Positions 32,970-36,056 of a stretch of 36,056 bases of DNA are shown here, in pieces. Position 1 is the stretch's first letter; every line of letters begins with the position of its first letter. Source of the stretch: Octopus bimaculoides (taxonomy: Eukaryota); assembly GCF_001194135.2 (NCBI RefSeq), contig NC_068996.1:56610750-56646805 (forward strand), read 5' to 3'. The notes beneath the pieces are model-generated. The model was not told the DNA's origin and made no database searches. It saw nothing but the letters and a program-made list of their open reading frames with translations. Made by a program: the position numbers and the translations under genes.

Positions 32970-33345
32970 ATGCGTAGCTGTGTGACAAGAGGTTTGCTTC
33001 CCGACCACATGGTTTTGAGTTCAGTCCCACTGTGTGGCACTTTAAGCAATAATACTATAACTTCGGCGTGGATTTGGTAGATGGAAACTGAAAAAAGCTT
33101 ATCGTGTGTATGTGTGTGAGAGAGAGACCACCGCTTGACAACCGGTGTTGGTGTGTTTACGTCCCCGTAACTTAACAAGTTCAGCAAAAGAGAGTGATAG
33201 ATGGTTCTAAAACCTAATTCTATTAAGTATCAGGCTTTAAAATATAAGTTCTGGGGTTGACTCATTCGACTAAAATCCTTCAAAGAGGTGCCCCAGCATG
33301 CCCCCAGTCTAATGACTAAAACATAAGCTAAAAGATAGAAAAGAT
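32970..33345 (+). mobile_element. SINE family A, near full length with an internal deletion
   Basis: gcgtagctgtgtgacaagagg...ggttttgagttcagtcccactg...ccaccgcttgacaaccggtgttggtgtgtttacgtccccgtaac...ttcgactaaaa...A-rich tail. Confidence 0.85.
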
Positions 33346-34312
33346 TAATGCTTTAATGAGAAAAAGGTATTTGAAAAATGTCGACTGACTCGACTGATTA
33401 TCATTCTCATAGCAAACAATTAAAAATAACTTGATTGAAGTTTCTTAAAAAAAAAAAGTAATCGGATTTTACAACAAAGGAAGCAAGGAATTGTGTGTCG
33501 CTGCCAGTGAGTTTCAATCAATACTGCTGCTGCTGCTGCTACTCTTCCTCTTCCTCTTCCTTCTTGCTTACATCTTAAACAACAAAACCAACTTTATTTT
33601 CCTCGCATTGAGACAAAGAACAAGTGTTCGAAATGTTAGGCTTTTCGCTCAACATGGCAATAGAACTTACTGAAATCGTATGTAAACTCTACTACTGGCG
33701 GGTAAATTCTTCCCGACCACGCAGACCATCACTACCTTCATCAGATTTTGGAATTTTGCTCTATTTTAAATTCTTCGTCTGGTTCTTCCTCCTCCATAAG
33801 AAATCCCAGCTTATATTCTACTCCCAGGCATTGAACCAATTATAGTAAGCAAAATTATAATGTCCCGCAAATTACGTTTTCATCAAGATAATGGAAACAT
33901 AGACTCAATGAGTGATGTTAAATGAAATCTAGCCAAGGAAAAATTGATGCCAACTCCGAAACTTTAATGGATTAAACACTAAATTACGCATGCAGTGAGG
34001 TGTTTAAAACATTAAATCGAGGATGTAAATTAATTCCAATAACAAGTAGCGGTGATAACTTCAGGTGTTTCGCTTTTTGCCTCATCAACGAAGGACACAA
34101 TTTTATGGATCTTTTTGACACTGGAGTACAAGCTTATGACTGGCATACCTTACACATTAAGTTAAAAATTATACGCACATATCACATGGAAAGTTTTAAA
34201 TTATTTATGCATTTTACACGTAAAGTTAATTATTACTGGCGCGCTTCACATGTGAAGTTTAAAAAAAACGCTTCAAGTTAAAAAATTCAAATAGACTCAG
34301 AGCATTATTGTG

Positions 34313-34390
34313 TACCTTGTTTTATCAAACGTACAAGAAAATTATGTCTACCTTGTTTTATCAAACGTACCTGTGTACAAGAAAATTATG
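34313..34390. repeat. Local tandem duplication of about 34 bp (taccttgttttatcaaacgtac...aagaaaattatg)
   Basis: Copies at 34313-34346 and 34349-34390; the second carries an 8-bp insertion. Confidence 0.9.
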
Positions 34391-34483
34391 AACAAAGAGT
34401 TTTTTTCAGGAGACTCAGTTATTAACATGGAAATGCTATTTTTGAAACACCCTGGCACAATGTTATTATTTTATTGACAGTGA

Positions 34484-35172
34484 CAGTGGCGGCGCATGTA
34501 TAGGCACTGCGAAACTGCAGCTCCCCCTATTTCCACTCGATATTATCGATAATATACAATATAATGAGTCCTTTCTTCTTTAATTCTTTCTTTATACTTG
34601 TACATTATATAATCCTTAAGCCTAATATCAGTAGTCTTCCCCTAGTTTACGAAAAAAATACAAAAATCCTTCAATAGAACTGTGCGACACGGTGTTTGGC
34701 TGTTGTGTGCATGCTCACATGTCCGAGACAGGAAGCTGCACATCAGAGAGAAAGAGCACTGTGGTTCATGCAGTGCCGACCTGAGTGAGTTGGTGAAAGG
34801 TAGTGTTTCTTTTGACTCTGCATGTGTTGTGCTTAAAAACGTATTTATATTCTTGAATGTGATAAAGTGTAGAATTAGATTATTATCCTGCTTCCAGCTT
34901 CAGTGTTCCTGCCAGGATTTGAAAAATAAGGCAGATTTTTCCCCCTTACTTCGTGATTTAGGGGGAATTTTTGAAAAACAAGGGGAAATTCGCGGTGTTG
35001 TTCAATGAACAAATCAAACACACAACTCGGCAGTGGCTAAAATGCAAATTGATCAAATTTATGTATAAATATTCTTTTTATATGTTTGTTTCCTTTTACA
35101 CAATATTAAAACAACGGCTAAAACTTTTTCTGAAGCAGCATCCTTACTAATTTTATCTAGGAGCCGCCACTG
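34484..35172. mobile_element. Non-autonomous hAT-like DNA transposon (689 bp)
   Basis: TIRs CAGTGGCGGCGC / GAGCCGCCACTG (11 of 12 match); exact 8-bp TSD GACAGTGA at 34476-34483 and 35173-35180. Confidence 0.85.
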
Positions 35173-35587
35173 GACAGTGACCTTGAGAGATCGCCAGAGA
35201 TCAGTTAGCAGTCTGACGAGACCAACCAACGACAAACATCTCACTCTGCACTTAATATGAGAGCTTTTCTCTGTTAGTATGGTGTTTCACTCCAAACAAC
35301 ACACAGTCACATATGCACATACATTCGTACACATACATTAATACGCATACATGAATATGTATGATATTCTTTGAATTTTATTTAAGCTCTTCGAAAGAGT
35401 TCAAGCCGGTCGCTAACAAAGCAACAAGTCTTATTGAGATAAGACAGTTTCCAATGTCTGTAAATATGTGGTTGAGTTGGTGTGTTGGTTAAACTTTCAA
35501 TGCATACACTCAAGTATCTGCATCTATTCAGGTAAAGAACCTCAAATAGAGAATCTTTAGAATGTCTTACAAATCTTCATTGTGCCA

Positions 35588-36056
35588 CCTGTATGTATGT
35601 ATGTCATTTATTTCAAGATTTCTTGCTAATAGAGAAAGAGGTGGTTTCTAACCTAGATCCAAGGTTCCTTCATTGAAATTTTAACATCAACAGAGTATGT
35701 ATATATGCATGTATGTATGTATGTATGTATGTATGTATGTATGTATAAGTGCAGATTTGTTTGTGTGTATGTATGTATAAGTGCAGATTTGTTTGTTTTG
35801 TTTTATGTATGTATTCTCATGTATATAGTTGCATATCTAGACATACATATATTTAAATGATAAACTTCTGGAAAGTTTTACAGATTTCTACAGTTCCAGT
35901 AATGGATTGGATCTGTAGTCTTCGAATCAGCTTTCTCCTTTCTGGTTTTAAGAAGCTTAATTTCTCAAGATTGGTACTTGGGCAGTGTGTTACATGTACC
36001 AGCGCCCCAATAATTACAGGTATGAATTAGAATTTGTAATCTAGATAGAGTACCTG
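35588..36056 (-). mobile_element. 3' end of an R4/Dong-like (RLE-class) LINE: C-terminal coding remnant, 3' UTR and (CATA)n tail
   Basis: Minus strand: YLDYKF*FIPVIIGALVHV...LEKLSFLKPERRKLIRRLQIQSITGTVEICKTFQKFII* (stop at 35853-35855) resembles the P(I/V)(I/V)IGALG...LQ...GT RLE C-terminus. AATAAA and (CATA)n follow. Confidence 0.75.

Overview
This is AT-rich, non-coding animal DNA. The SINE families and the very dense (TG)n/(TA)n/(GATA)n/(CATA)n microsatellites point to an octopod cephalopod; this is my inference from recalled repeat consensus sequences, not a database result. There are seven N-gaps. No intact host gene can be called; only a few short candidate exons of uncertain strand were found. 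Almost all long ORFs in the supplied track are microsatellite or N-run artefacts. The window is a mosaic of decayed mobile elements: (1) a nest of Penelope-like element (PLE) fragments at 0.2-5.7 kb, with an RT N-terminus and a GIY-YIG endonuclease; (2) a near full-length but pseudogenised L1/Tx1-type LINE at about 19.9-24.1 kb; (3) several R4/Dong-like (RLE-class) LINE fragments; (4) tRNA-derived SINEs of two families; (5) MITEs and a hAT-like element with a perfect 8-bp TSD. The most interesting signal is RNA-structural. At least five recognisable and several decayed minimal type I hammerhead-ribozyme (HHR) motifs with self-complementary (dimer-type) stem III are spread across the window. 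Two of them sit in opposite orientation in the arms of a 425-bp fold-back element that would otherwise be called a MITE (1947-2371). Another sits in a roughly 150-bp ORF-less unit embedded in (TA)n (27438-27590).
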